Shown: positions 54,573 through 63,074, numbered from the stretch's first letter. The stretch: 64,000 nucleotides of DNA from an uncultured Pelagibacteraceae bacterium (GCA_902522325.1 CABYVA010000002.1:25666-89665); one strand, 5' to 3'. Notes: a model not told the origin generated them from the letters alone. Made by a program: numbers and translations.

Positions 54573-56954
54573 TTACTGTACACTTGCTTGTGGTTTTTCT
54601 TTCCCGGATCCTGAAATATTTTCTACTTCAGTCCACTCTACTCTTTTTAATTCATTTTTAAGAGCAAGTTTTACTACTTGATCCACTGTGTCTACTGGAA
54701 TAATCTTAATGTCTTCTCTAACTTTTTTTGGAATATCAAATAGATCTTTTTCATTATCTTTTGGAATAATCACTTTTTTAATTTCAGCTCTATGTGCTGC
54801 TAATAATTTTTCTTTTAGACCACCTATTGGTAAAACTTGTCCGGTTAAAGTTACTTCTCCCGTCATTGCAATTTCTCTATTAACTGGATTATTTGTTATA
54901 GCTGACACTATTGAAGTAACCATTGCTATTCCCGCCGATGGCCCATCTTTTGGTGTAGCGCCTTCTGGAACATGGATATGAAAATCTCTTTTTTCGAAAA
55001 GTGGAGGAATAATTCCATATTCAAGACTTTTAGATCTAACAAAAGATTTTGCTGCTTTTACAGATTCTTGCATTACATCACCTAATTTTCCGGTAATTTG
55101 CATTTTTCCTTTACCAGGCATATGCACAGTTTCAATTTTTAATATTTCGCCACCAAATTCAGTCCATGCTAAACCAGTTACTATACCCACTTTGTCTTCA
55201 GTTTCTAATTCTCCATATTTAAATCTTTTTACTCCCAAAAAATCCGAGAGATTATCTTCGTTTACTACAACTTTTGTTTCTTCTCCATTAACAACTTTTT
55301 TAACTACTTTTCTTGCTACTTTCGATATTTCTCTTTCTAAGTTTCTCACACCAGATTCTCTAGTATAATTTCTAATAATATTTTTTATAGTATCTTTAGA
55401 AAATTCAAACTCACCCTCTTTTATTCCGTTTTCTTTTACTTGTTTCGGAAGTAAAAACTTATTTGAAATATTGATTTTTTCATCCTCTGTATATCCTGGA
55501 ATTCTTATTACTTCCATTCTATCCAATAGAGGAGGTAAAATATTAAGTGTGTTTGCAGTTGTAACAAACATTACATCTGAAAGGTCATAATCAACTTCTA
55601 AATAATGATCATTAAATGTCCCATTTTGTTCTGGATCTAAAGCTTCCAGTAAAGCTGAAGATGGATCACCTCTGTAATCATTTCCTACCTTATCTATTTC
55701 ATCAAGTAGTATTAGTGGATTTTTTTTTCCAGCTTTTTTCATCATTTGAATAATTTTTCCAGGTAATGATCCTATATATGTTCTTCTGTGGCCTCTAATT
55801 TCAGCTTCATCTCTAACGCCACCAAGTGACATTCTTACAAACTGTCTGTTTGTAGCTTTAGCTATTGATTTACCTAAAGATGTTTTACCAACTCCTGGGG
55901 GTCCTACTAGACATAATATCGGACCTTTAATTTTTGCCATTCTTTTTTGGACTGCTAAAAATTCAACAATTCTCTCTTTAACTTTTTCTAAACCAAAATG
56001 GTCTTCATCTAATGTTTTTAGAGCTTTGTTCAAATCAATGTTTACCTGGTCTTTTTTAAACCATGGAATATCTATCATCCAATCAAGATAATTTCTTACA
56101 ACTGTAGCTTCTGCTGACATCGGACTCATATTTTTTAATTTTTTTAACTCGCTCATACATTTTTTTTGAACTTCTTTTGGCATTTTAGCTTTAAGTATTG
56201 ATTTATTTAAATTTGATGTTTCGTCTTTTCCATCTTCAATTTCACCAAGTTCCTTTTGGATAGCTTTAAGCTGTTCATTTAAATAATATTCTCTTTGAGT
56301 TTTTTCCATTTGAGTCTTAACTCTACCTCTTATTCTTTTCTCTACGCCAATAATACTTGTTTCATTTTCCATAATTTTAATAATTATGTTAAGTCTTTTT
56401 TTTACATCAAGAGTCTCAAAAATTTGTTGTTTTTCAGAAATTGTTGCGTTTAAATGTGATGCAATATTATCAGCTATATTTGAGGGATTTTTTAACTTTT
56501 TTATAGTATTTATAATTTCTAAAGAAATTTTTTTATTAACAGAAGTTAATTTTTCTAATCTTCGAACTGCTGCTAATGCTAATGGTAATAAGTCTTCTTC
56601 ACTAGTATCATCATTTTGATGTGAAAAATCGCAAGTAATAAATTTTTCATTGTCTATAAAGTCTAAAATTTTTACTCTTTTAATTCCTTCAACAAGAACC
56701 TTTACAGTTCCGTCTGGTAATTTAAGTAGTTGTAATATACTGCCCTCGCAGCCATAAGAAAAAATATCATTTTTTTTTGGATCATCTACCTCAGCATTTT
56801 TTTGGGTAATTAAAATAATTTTTTTATCTTTTTTCATAACCTCGTTCAGGGCAGAAATTGACTTATCTCTTCCTACAAAAAGAGGAATAACCATGCTAGG
56901 AAATACAACAATATCTCTTAGAGGTAATAATGGTAATTTAATTTTAACATCCAT
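54573..56954 (-). CDS. lon: Lon protease
   Basis: LPLRD, GPPGVGKTS, PKDGPSAG, GGLKEK. Confidence 0.98.
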   Translation of the reverse strand: MDVKIKLPLLPLRDIVVFPSMVIPLFVGRDKSISALNEVMKKDKKIILITQKNAEVDDPKKNDIFSYGCEGSILQLLKLPDGTVKVLVEGIKRVKILDFIDNEKFITCDFSHQNDDTSEEDLLPLALAAVRRLEKLTSVNKKISLEIINTIKKLKNPSNIADNIASHLNATISEKQQIFETLDVKKRLNIIIKIMENETSIIGVEKRIRGRVKTQMEKTQREYYLNEQLKAIQKELGEIEDGKDETSNLNKSILKAKMPKEVQKKCMSELKKLKNMSPMSAEATVVRNYLDWMIDIPWFKKDQVNIDLNKALKTLDEDHFGLEKVKERIVEFLAVQKRMAKIKGPILCLVGPPGVGKTSLGKSIAKATNRQFVRMSLGGVRDEAEIRGHRRTYIGSLPGKIIQMMKKAGKKNPLILLDEIDKVGNDYRGDPSSALLEALDPEQNGTFNDHYLEVDYDLSDVMFVTTANTLNILPPLLDRMEVIRIPGYTEDEKINISNKFLLPKQVKENGIKEGEFEFSKDTIKNIIRNYTRESGVRNLEREISKVARKVVKKVVNGEETKVVVNEDNLSDFLGVKRFKYGELETEDKVGIVTGLAWTEFGGEILKIETVHMPGKGKMQITGKLGDVMQESVKAAKSFVRSKSLEYGIIPPLFEKRDFHIHVPEGATPKDGPSAGIAMVTSIVSAITNNPVNREIAMTGEVTLTGQVLPIGGLKEKLLAAHRAEIKKVIIPKDNEKDLFDIPKKVREDIKIIPVDTVDQVVKLALKNELKRVEWTEVENISGSGKEKPQASVQ

Positions 56955-56961
56955 GAGCTAA

Positions 56962-56988
56962 ATATGGATATTAAAACAAATTTTGCAA
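56962..56988 (-). promoter_or_regulatory. Putative RpoH (sigma32)-type promoter of lon
   Basis: Minus strand TTGCAA-N14-TCCATAT, ending 7 nt before the lon ATG; resembles the CTTGAA-N13-15-CCCCATNT heat-shock consensus. Confidence 0.55.
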
Positions 56989-57015
56989 TAGATATTTGCT
57001 GTTTTATTGTGGTTA

Positions 57016-58281
57016 TTATGCTGCAGAGCTCTTATCTGTCTTGCTCTTAGTACTTTTTGAATGAATAATAATCGGCTGTGACTGTTCTTTAACGGTGTTA
57101 GAGTCCACAATCACTTCCTCAACATTTTCTTGGCTTGGTAAATCATACATGGTTTTTAACAAAATATTTTCTAATATTGATCTTAAACCTCTTGCACCAG
57201 TTTTTTTATTTATAGCTTTTGTCGCAATTTCCTTGACAGCACTATCTTTGAATGAAAGTTTTACACCTTCAAGTTTAAATAGCTCCTGATATTGTTTAAT
57301 TAAAGAATTTTTAGGTTCTTGTAAAATTTTAACTAATGATTTTTCATCTAAATCTTCAAGCGTGGCTATCATTGGTAACCTTCCGATAAACTCTGGAATT
57401 AATCCATATCTTAATAAATCCTCTGGTTCTAATTTTTTCATCCATTCACCTGTTTTTTTATCTTCAGTATTTTTTACCTCAGCACCAAATCCAATTGACG
57501 TCCCTTTGTCTCTTTGTGAAATAATTTTATCTAGTCCCGCAAAAGCTCCACCACAAATAAATAATATATTCGTTGTATCTACTTGTAAGAATTCTTGTTG
57601 TGGATGTTTTCTTCCACCTTGAGGAGGAACGCTGGCAATAGTTCCTTCCATAATTTTTAACAATGCTTGTTGTACACCTTCACCAGATACATCTCTTGTA
57701 ATAGACGGATTTTCAGATTTTCTGCTAATTTTATCAACTTCATCAATATAAACAATTCCTCTTTGAGCTTTTTCAACATTGTAATCTGCGGCTTGAAGTA
57801 ATTTTAAAATAATGTTTTCAACATCTTCTCCAACGTAACCAGCTTCAGTTAGCGTTGTAGCGTCAGCCATTGTAAAAGGTACGTCTAAAATTCTTGCTAA
57901 AGTTTGAGCTAATAAAGTTTTTCCACACCCTGTCGGGCCAACTAACAAAATATTTGATTTCGCTAGTTCAACATTTTTTGAAGTTTTGTTTTCGTAATTC
58001 AATCTTTTATAATGATTATGTACTGCAACTGATAATACTTTTTTAGCATGCTGTTGCCCAATAACATAATCATCGAGTACTGCACAAATTTCTTTTGGCG
58101 AGGGTAGTCCATCTTGATGTTTTACTAATGTATCTTTATTTTCTTCTTTAATAATATCCATGCATAGTTCAACACACTCATCACAAATAAAAACAGTTGG
58201 TCCAGCAATCAGCTTTCGGACTTCGTGTTGACTTTTTCCACAAAAGGAACAGTAAAGAATATTTTTATTGTTTGTTGTCAT
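57016..58281 (-). CDS. clpX: ATP-dependent Clp protease ATPase ClpX
   Basis: CSFCGK zinc domain, [19 protein letters not shown] loop. Confidence 0.98.
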   Translation of the reverse strand: MTTNNKNILYCSFCGKSQHEVRKLIAGPTVFICDECVELCMDIIKEENKDTLVKHQDGLPSPKEICAVLDDYVIGQQHAKKVLSVAVHNHYKRLNYENKTSKNVELAKSNILLVGPTGCGKTLLAQTLARILDVPFTMADATTLTEAGYVGEDVENIILKLLQAADYNVEKAQRGIVYIDEVDKISRKSENPSITRDVSGEGVQQALLKIMEGTIASVPPQGGRKHPQQEFLQVDTTNILFICGGAFAGLDKIISQRDKGTSIGFGAEVKNTEDKKTGEWMKKLEPEDLLRYGLIPEFIGRLPMIATLEDLDEKSLVKILQEPKNSLIKQYQELFKLEGVKLSFKDSAVKEIATKAINKKTGARGLRSILENILLKTMYDLPSQENVEEVIVDSNTVKEQSQPIIIHSKSTKSKTDKSSAA

Positions 58282-58372
58282 AATTTTTTATTAAACGAAT
58301 CAATTAAAATACTTTATTACAAAAGAGTCATTCTAATCAAGCATGAGTTGTTATTGTCCTAGATATTGTGTA

Positions 58373-58984
58373 TTAAATTCTTTTTTCGACTACTTTATCA
58401 ATCAATCCAAATTCTTTTGCACTATCAGGTGTCATAAAATTATCTCTTTCTAGAGCTTTTTTTATATCATCTGGAGATTTTCCAGTATGCTTAGAATAAA
58501 TTTCATTAAGGCGTTTTTTTAGTGATAAAACTTCGTTCGCATGAATTTCAATATCTGTTGCTTGGCCTTGAAATCCTGCTGACGGTTGATGAACCATAAT
58601 TCTAGAATTTGGTAAGGAAAATCTTTTTCCCTTTTGTCCTGCAGCGAGTAAAAAAGAACCCATTGAAGCTGCTTGACCAATGCATAATGTTGAAACATCA
58701 GGTTTAACATATTGCATAGTATCATAAATTCCTAAACCGGCAGTAACCAGTCCACCAGGACTATTAATATACATGGAAATTTCTTTTTTTGGATTTTCAG
58801 ACTCTAAAAATAATAGTTGAGCAGTAACTAATGAAGCTACATTATCGTTAATTGGACCGACAACGAAAATAATTCTTTCTTTTAAAAGTCTTGAATAAAT
58901 ATCATAAGCACGTTCTCCCCTATTAGATTGCTCTACCACCATAGGTATCAAATTATTCATATGTTCTGATATTTTTGTTGTCAT
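58373..58984 (-). CDS. clpP: Clp protease proteolytic subunit
   Basis: DIYSRLL, YINSPGG, AASMG, MVHQP. Confidence 0.98.
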   Translation of the reverse strand: MTTKISEHMNNLIPMVVEQSNRGERAYDIYSRLLKERIIFVVGPINDNVASLVTAQLLFLESENPKKEISMYINSPGGLVTAGLGIYDTMQYVKPDVSTLCIGQAASMGSFLLAAGQKGKRFSLPNSRIMVHQPSAGFQGQATDIEIHANEVLSLKKRLNEIYSKHTGKSPDDIKKALERDNFMTPDSAKEFGLIDKVVEKRI

Positions 58985-59016
58985 AAATCGAATCGTTCAA
59001 TTTATACAACTTGTGA

Positions 59017-60417
59017 TTACTTTTTGCTAACTTTTTTTATTTTTTTTTGTTTTAGACCCTCAGATTTAGGGTTTTTTGTTTTTTTTAATTTAGAAGTATC
59101 AGTTTTTTCACTTTTTACATGATCGTGATCGTGAGAAGCTTTTAAAATTTTTTCAGCCTCAACTTTGGTAATTTCTTTGCTACTAGCTTTGGCTTTACTT
59201 TTAATTAAATTAATTATTTTTTCCTCATAAATAGTACCTCTTAAACTTGCAAGGGCTGATGGGTTTTTCTGATAAAATTCCATAACCATTTTTTCTTGAC
59301 CAGGCATCATTTTTAATTGTTTTTGAACTTCTGATTGAAGTTCTGACTCTTCAACTTTTATATTATTTTTTTCACCAAATTCATTTAATATCAAACCTAC
59401 TTTAATTCTTTTTTTTGCTTTCTCTTCAAATTTATTTCTATTTTTTTTAGCCTCTTCTTCATTCATATTTTGTGTTAAAATTTTAATTTCTTCTTCAACT
59501 AAATTTTCTGGAATTTCATCAACTTTAAACTTTTCTATTTCTTTAAGAATTTGGTTTTTTGACAACATGTCCAATGAATTTTTGTATTCTTCATTAATTT
59601 GTTTTGAGATTAAAGATTTTAAATCATTTAAATCTTTTGCTCCCAATGTTTTAGCAAAGTCATCGTCAATCTTAACTTCTTTTGATTTTTTTACTGCTGT
59701 GATTTTACACACAAATTTTGCTTTTTTTCCTCTAAGTTCTTTTTCAGGAAAATTTTCTGGTAATGATACATCAACGTTTACCGATTCATCTTTCTTCGCC
59801 TTTAATAACTGCTTATCAAAACCTTTAATAAATAAATCTTTTCCAAGTTCTAATTGAGTATTTTTTCCTTCAGAGCCTTTAAATTCTTTTCCGTCAACAT
59901 TAGCTTTGTAATCAAATATAACTAAATCTCCTTCGTTAGCAACTTTGGAAGGGTCTACTTCAATAAAATTCTTTTGATTTTTTGCTATTTCTTTAATTCT
60001 TTTATCAGTTTCTGACGAATCTATTTTTACTGTATATTTATCAAATTTAATATCCTCTATGGCTTTGATTTCAACTTTTGGTAATTCGGTAACTGAAATT
60101 ATATATTCAAGATCTTTATCCTCGCCAAAAGTTTTTAAATCTATCTTAGGTTGACCAGCAGGTTTTATTTTATTTTCCTCCAAAGCTTTACTGCTTGTGT
60201 CTTTTAAAACTTTATCTAAAACGTCACCAAAAATTTCTTTTCCAAATTGTCTTTTTAAAACGTCTCTTGGAACTTTGCCTGGTCTAAAACCTTTTAAAAC
60301 AATGGTTTTACCTACTTCCAAATACTTTTCGTCCATATATGACGCTATTGTCTTTTTATCGACAAATATTTTTAAATCTTTACTTAAACCTTTTTTATTT
60401 TGAATTGTAACTTTCAT
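59017..60417 (-). CDS. tig: Trigger factor (start revised to 60417)
   Basis: GFRPGKVP, FKBP domain; the extension to 60456 runs into the tRNA fragment. Confidence 0.96.
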   Translation of the reverse strand: MKVTIQNKKGLSKDLKIFVDKKTIASYMDEKYLEVGKTIVLKGFRPGKVPRDVLKRQFGKEIFGDVLDKVLKDTSSKALEENKIKPAGQPKIDLKTFGEDKDLEYIISVTELPKVEIKAIEDIKFDKYTVKIDSSETDKRIKEIAKNQKNFIEVDPSKVANEGDLVIFDYKANVDGKEFKGSEGKNTQLELGKDLFIKGFDKQLLKAKKDESVNVDVSLPENFPEKELRGKKAKFVCKITAVKKSKEVKIDDDFAKTLGAKDLNDLKSLISKQINEEYKNSLDMLSKNQILKEIEKFKVDEIPENLVEEEIKILTQNMNEEEAKKNRNKFEEKAKKRIKVGLILNEFGEKNNIKVEESELQSEVQKQLKMMPGQEKMVMEFYQKNPSALASLRGTIYEEKIINLIKSKAKASSKEITKVEAEKILKASHDHDHVKSEKTDTSKLKKTKNPKSEGLKQKKIKKVSKK

Positions 60418-60426
60418 AATATTTAG

Positions 60427-60481
60427 TGGTAGGCGAGAAAGGACTCGAACCTTCACATGTTGCCATATTGGTTCCTAAGAC
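60427..60481 (-). pseudogene. 3' half of host tRNA-Leu(TAG); hybrid att site of the prophage
   Basis: Minus strand GT-CTTAGGA-ACCAATATGGCAACATGTGAAGGTTCGAGTCCTTTCTCGCCTACCA has anticodon loop, variable arm, T arm, 3' acceptor strand and CCA. Upstream sequence gives no D arm or 5' acceptor strand and breaks the anticodon stem after 2 bp. Confidence 0.9.
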
Positions 60482-60500
60482 TACCAAATCGTTTAGAACC

Positions 60501-60567
60501 ACACCCCTCAACACCTCTCACATTTCTACTGCAACATTTTTTATCAAATGCAACATCTTGTGCAACA
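60501..60567. repeat. Direct repeats in the att arm (candidate integrase arm-type and RDF sites)
   Basis: ACACCCCTCA/ACACCTCTCA tandem (60501-60520); TGCAACA x3 (60530-60536, 60549-60555, 60561-60567). Confidence 0.7.
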
Positions 60568-60607
60568 AATTTATAACCTAGTATTGTTACTTCACTAGTC
60601 TTTTTAC

Positions 60608-60692
60608 TGGTAGGGGACAAGAGACTCGAACTCTCATGACCGAAGTCGTACGCTCCTAAGGCGTATGCGTCTACCAGTTCCGCCAATCCCCC
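60608..60692 (-). tRNA. Element-encoded complete tRNA-Leu(TAG)
   Basis: GGGGGATTGGCGGAACTGGTAGACGCATACGC-CTTAGGA-GCGTACGACTTCGGTCATGAGAGTTCGAGTCTCTTGTCCCCTACCA; 85 nt, long variable arm, A73, CCA. Confidence 0.95.
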
Positions 60693-60743
60693 ACTTGCAA
60701 ATAAACTTTTATCTGGTTGTGAGTAATTAACAGTGTTCATCTT

Positions 60744-62018
60744 TTATATCAAGCCCTTAGAGTTATGACCAATTAAGTCGTTTTGGTTATCTAAAAAACT
60801 ATCAAATTGCTCATCTGATAATTCAGCTAACTTAACAGCTCGTTCCATACCCTTGTCAGTAGCTTTGATATAATACTTTTGTGCAGTCTCAGTACAAGAA
60901 TGACCCATCATCTTAGCAATAATTTTAGGTATCACTCCTCGTTCTCCAAGTCTTGTTCCAAAAGTATGTCTTGTTATGTAAGGTGTGTGGTCTTCAATAT
61001 CACACAACTCTTTGTACTTTCTGAACATAGCTTCAATCTTATGTTTAGATAATGAAAACATTCTTTGACTTGTTCTTGTCAAAGCAACATCTTTATATCT
61101 CAAAGCTATACTCCATGCTCTTTTTGATAATGGTAAATTAACAGACCAATCGCCTATCTTACCTCTATAAAAACAAATAGTCTTCTTCTTCCAATTAATA
61201 TCTTTAATTGTAAAAGTTTGAAATTCGCTTTCATATCTCATACCAACATCAATCAACCAAGCATACGCATCAGCAAACTCATCATCTCCAAGTTCTTTTG
61301 CTTTTGCTATAACTTCAGCTTCATCATCTTTAGTTAAAGTATTCTTATCTTTGACCTTAGCAACTTTTAGGTTTTTCCAACCATAGTTGTTTTGTTCTTT
61401 AGGGTCAGTGTTAAGAACTTTATCTTTATGTAATAAGCCATGCTCAATAGCATAGGCAATACAACATCTGATAACGCCAAGCCTTCTGTTGGTTGTAGTC
61501 GTTTTGTAAGTGCCACGATTATTCATTTTTCGTTCACTAATTCTTTTAGTCATGAACTCAATAAAATTATCGTAGTGTTCGTGTGTCTGCATATCTGCCA
61601 TTGTTATACTTTTAGGAAAATATGCAAACAAGTCAGAAGCAAAAATGTGCATGTTTCTTTCTTGTGGTGTACCCTTCCATCTTTTATCAAAGACTAAATT
61701 ATACACTTCTCCTAAAGTACCTACTGCTCTTTGTTTGATTGTAGTGCTGTCCAAACCATGAATTGCAATATGCTTTTTTGCTAAATTCTTTTCAGCAATA
61801 GCTTCGTCTAAAGCAACCTTGAACTTTTCTACATACTCTGCATCAGGTGTTGAAGCGTTAGCATTTATTCTAACAGTTCTTGCATCTTTAACTTGATGCT
61901 CTTTACCATCTGCATCTCTTACTAGCTTTCTAGTTTGAACTAAAAAACTATCACTTTTTTTACCTTTACGAAGTCTAATACCTTTTGGTATCAAACTAGT
62001 AAGTGCAACATTAACCAT
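60744..62018 (-). CDS. int: Tyrosine recombinase (phage integrase)
   Basis: GMR (Arg I), RGK (Lys), YITRH (HxxRH box with H->Y), MMGH, QKYY (Tyr nucleophile); basic N-terminal arm-binding-like segment; AAGGAG 6 nt upstream. Confidence 0.93.
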   Translation of the reverse strand: MVNVALTSLIPKGIRLRKGKKSDSFLVQTRKLVRDADGKEHQVKDARTVRINANASTPDAEYVEKFKVALDEAIAEKNLAKKHIAIHGLDSTTIKQRAVGTLGEVYNLVFDKRWKGTPQERNMHIFASDLFAYFPKSITMADMQTHEHYDNFIEFMTKRISERKMNNRGTYKTTTTNRRLGVIRCCIAYAIEHGLLHKDKVLNTDPKEQNNYGWKNLKVAKVKDKNTLTKDDEAEVIAKAKELGDDEFADAYAWLIDVGMRYESEFQTFTIKDINWKKKTICFYRGKIGDWSVNLPLSKRAWSIALRYKDVALTRTSQRMFSLSKHKIEAMFRKYKELCDIEDHTPYITRHTFGTRLGERGVIPKIIAKMMGHSCTETAQKYYIKATDKGMERAVKLAELSDEQFDSFLDNQNDLIGHNSKGLI

Positions 62019-62020
62019 AT

Positions 62021-62461
62021 TTATCTCCTTCCACTTATGTTGATTACATTTCTAATTTCAGGTTCATATTGTTTTGATACATCTGTAGTACCAATCAAAT
62101 GTTTCTGAAATGATTTACCTGCTGTGCTTAACTTCAACCAAGTAAATCTTTTGTCTGGCGAATACGCATTGTCTATATATTTTAAGAGACCAAGCGTATC
62201 AGACAGATAACTCAAAGTTCTACTAAGTGATGATTGTAAGATTGTTCTTCCAAAAATCCTTCTGTAGTTATCTGAGATGTTCTGTGTGTTCATTGCACTT
62301 TCATTCATGCAAAGAACAGTCTTAAATACTGCAATGTAATGAAATGGTAATCCATTACCATGCAGGTTTTTCTTGTGGCTTTTTTCAACATCTGTAATTT
62401 TTTCTAAAAACAGTCTGTCGAAGTGTAAGTTATGAATTACTTTTTCTATACTTAACGCCAT
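62021..62461 (-). CDS. MarR-like winged-helix DNA-binding protein
   Basis: QSSLSRTLSYL...GLL...DKRFTWLKLSTAGK matches the MarR recognition helix plus DxR wing; AAGGAG upstream. Confidence 0.75.
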   Translation of the reverse strand: MALSIEKVIHNLHFDRLFLEKITDVEKSHKKNLHGNGLPFHYIAVFKTVLCMNESAMNTQNISDNYRRIFGRTILQSSLSRTLSYLSDTLGLLKYIDNAYSPDKRFTWLKLSTAGKSFQKHLIGTTDVSKQYEPEIRNVINISGRR

Positions 62462-62855
62462 CTTGCTCCTTTCTATGTTTGCTAATATGCAACACAGAAT
62501 TGTTATGATGGGTCTGTCGTGTAATTGTTAATAAAGCTGACAGGATTTTATCTTGTCCTGTTGTTGGGAAAAGTTCAGTTATATTTTCTTCTAGAGTTTT
62601 ACCAAAAGAGTATTCAATAACGACTTCGCCTATCTTCAGCTTTACAGACCTTTCATAATCATCTTCGTATATCTTTTTCATGATGAATGGTCGTTTTGCA
62701 ACTGAAGGTCTTTCTAATCTAATAAAATAATCAAAATTATTTTTATCTCTAGAAAAGCTACGACCATAAGCCCAAACTTTACATACGCCATGTGCTAATA
62801 ACGAAGTTATCTGTGTAGTTAATTTAGCCATTTTTTTATCCTTATATGCTAACAT
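62430..62855 (-). CDS. Phage hypothetical protein (alternative start 62831)
   Basis: 141-aa ORF, SD-like sequences before both candidate starts, overlaps the next gene. Confidence 0.75.
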   Translation of the reverse strand: MLAYKDKKMAKLTTQITSLLAHGVCKVWAYGRSFSRDKNNFDYFIRLERPSVAKRPFIMKKIYEDDYERSVKLKIGEVVIEYSFGKTLEENITELFPTTGQDKILSALLTITRQTHHNNSVLHISKHRKEQDGVKYRKSNS

Positions 62856-63069
62856 TTATATCATTCTCCTTTCTATGCACAAGTGTATTCAGCAGTGAAT
62901 TTATATTATCTGCGAAAAAATAGATAAAGTGCATTGATTTGTTTCTACACATAATCGCTATTTTACCAATAGAACATTGCAGGTGTGTAAAAGTTTGTAT
63001 AATTACTGAGTCAAAACGACTCATCTGCGTTTTGGTACTGTTAAGTAAAACTCTTAAAAGAATTGTCAT
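62842..63069 (-). CDS. Possible small hypothetical protein; may be non-coding regulatory DNA
   Basis: Fills the gap on the same strand and starts 5 nt after the upstream stop, but has no SD and is rich in inverted repeats. Confidence 0.3.
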   Translation of the reverse strand: MTILLRVLLNSTKTQMSRFDSVIIQTFTHLQCSIGKIAIMCRNKSMHFIYFFADNINSLLNTLVHRKENDINVSI

Positions 63070-63074
63070 TGAAA

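Noticed and set aside
60578-60605. CTAGT-N11-ACTAG followed by T-run as a terminator
   Set aside because: 5-bp stem with a large loop is too weak, and the T-run is on the strand opposite to the tRNA
60427-60692. tRNA intron or permuted tRNA interpretation
   Set aside because: The two pieces have different 3' halves and the upstream copy is complete; an integration junction explains the layout
60453-60740. 95-aa minus-strand ORF
   Set aside because: Spans the phage tRNA-Leu, the att arm and the host tRNA fragment; shadow ORF
2258-61697. Many 60-137-aa ORFs antisense to or nested in long genes (e.g. 2258, 8215, 24635, 30767, 39400, 50128, 58519, 61440)
   Set aside because: Shadow frames of well-supported genes; no motifs or RBS
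63013-63030. ACGACTCA resembling the T7 RNAP promoter core
   Set aside because: Only 8 nt match, opposite to the gene direction, and explained as half of the GANTC palindrome
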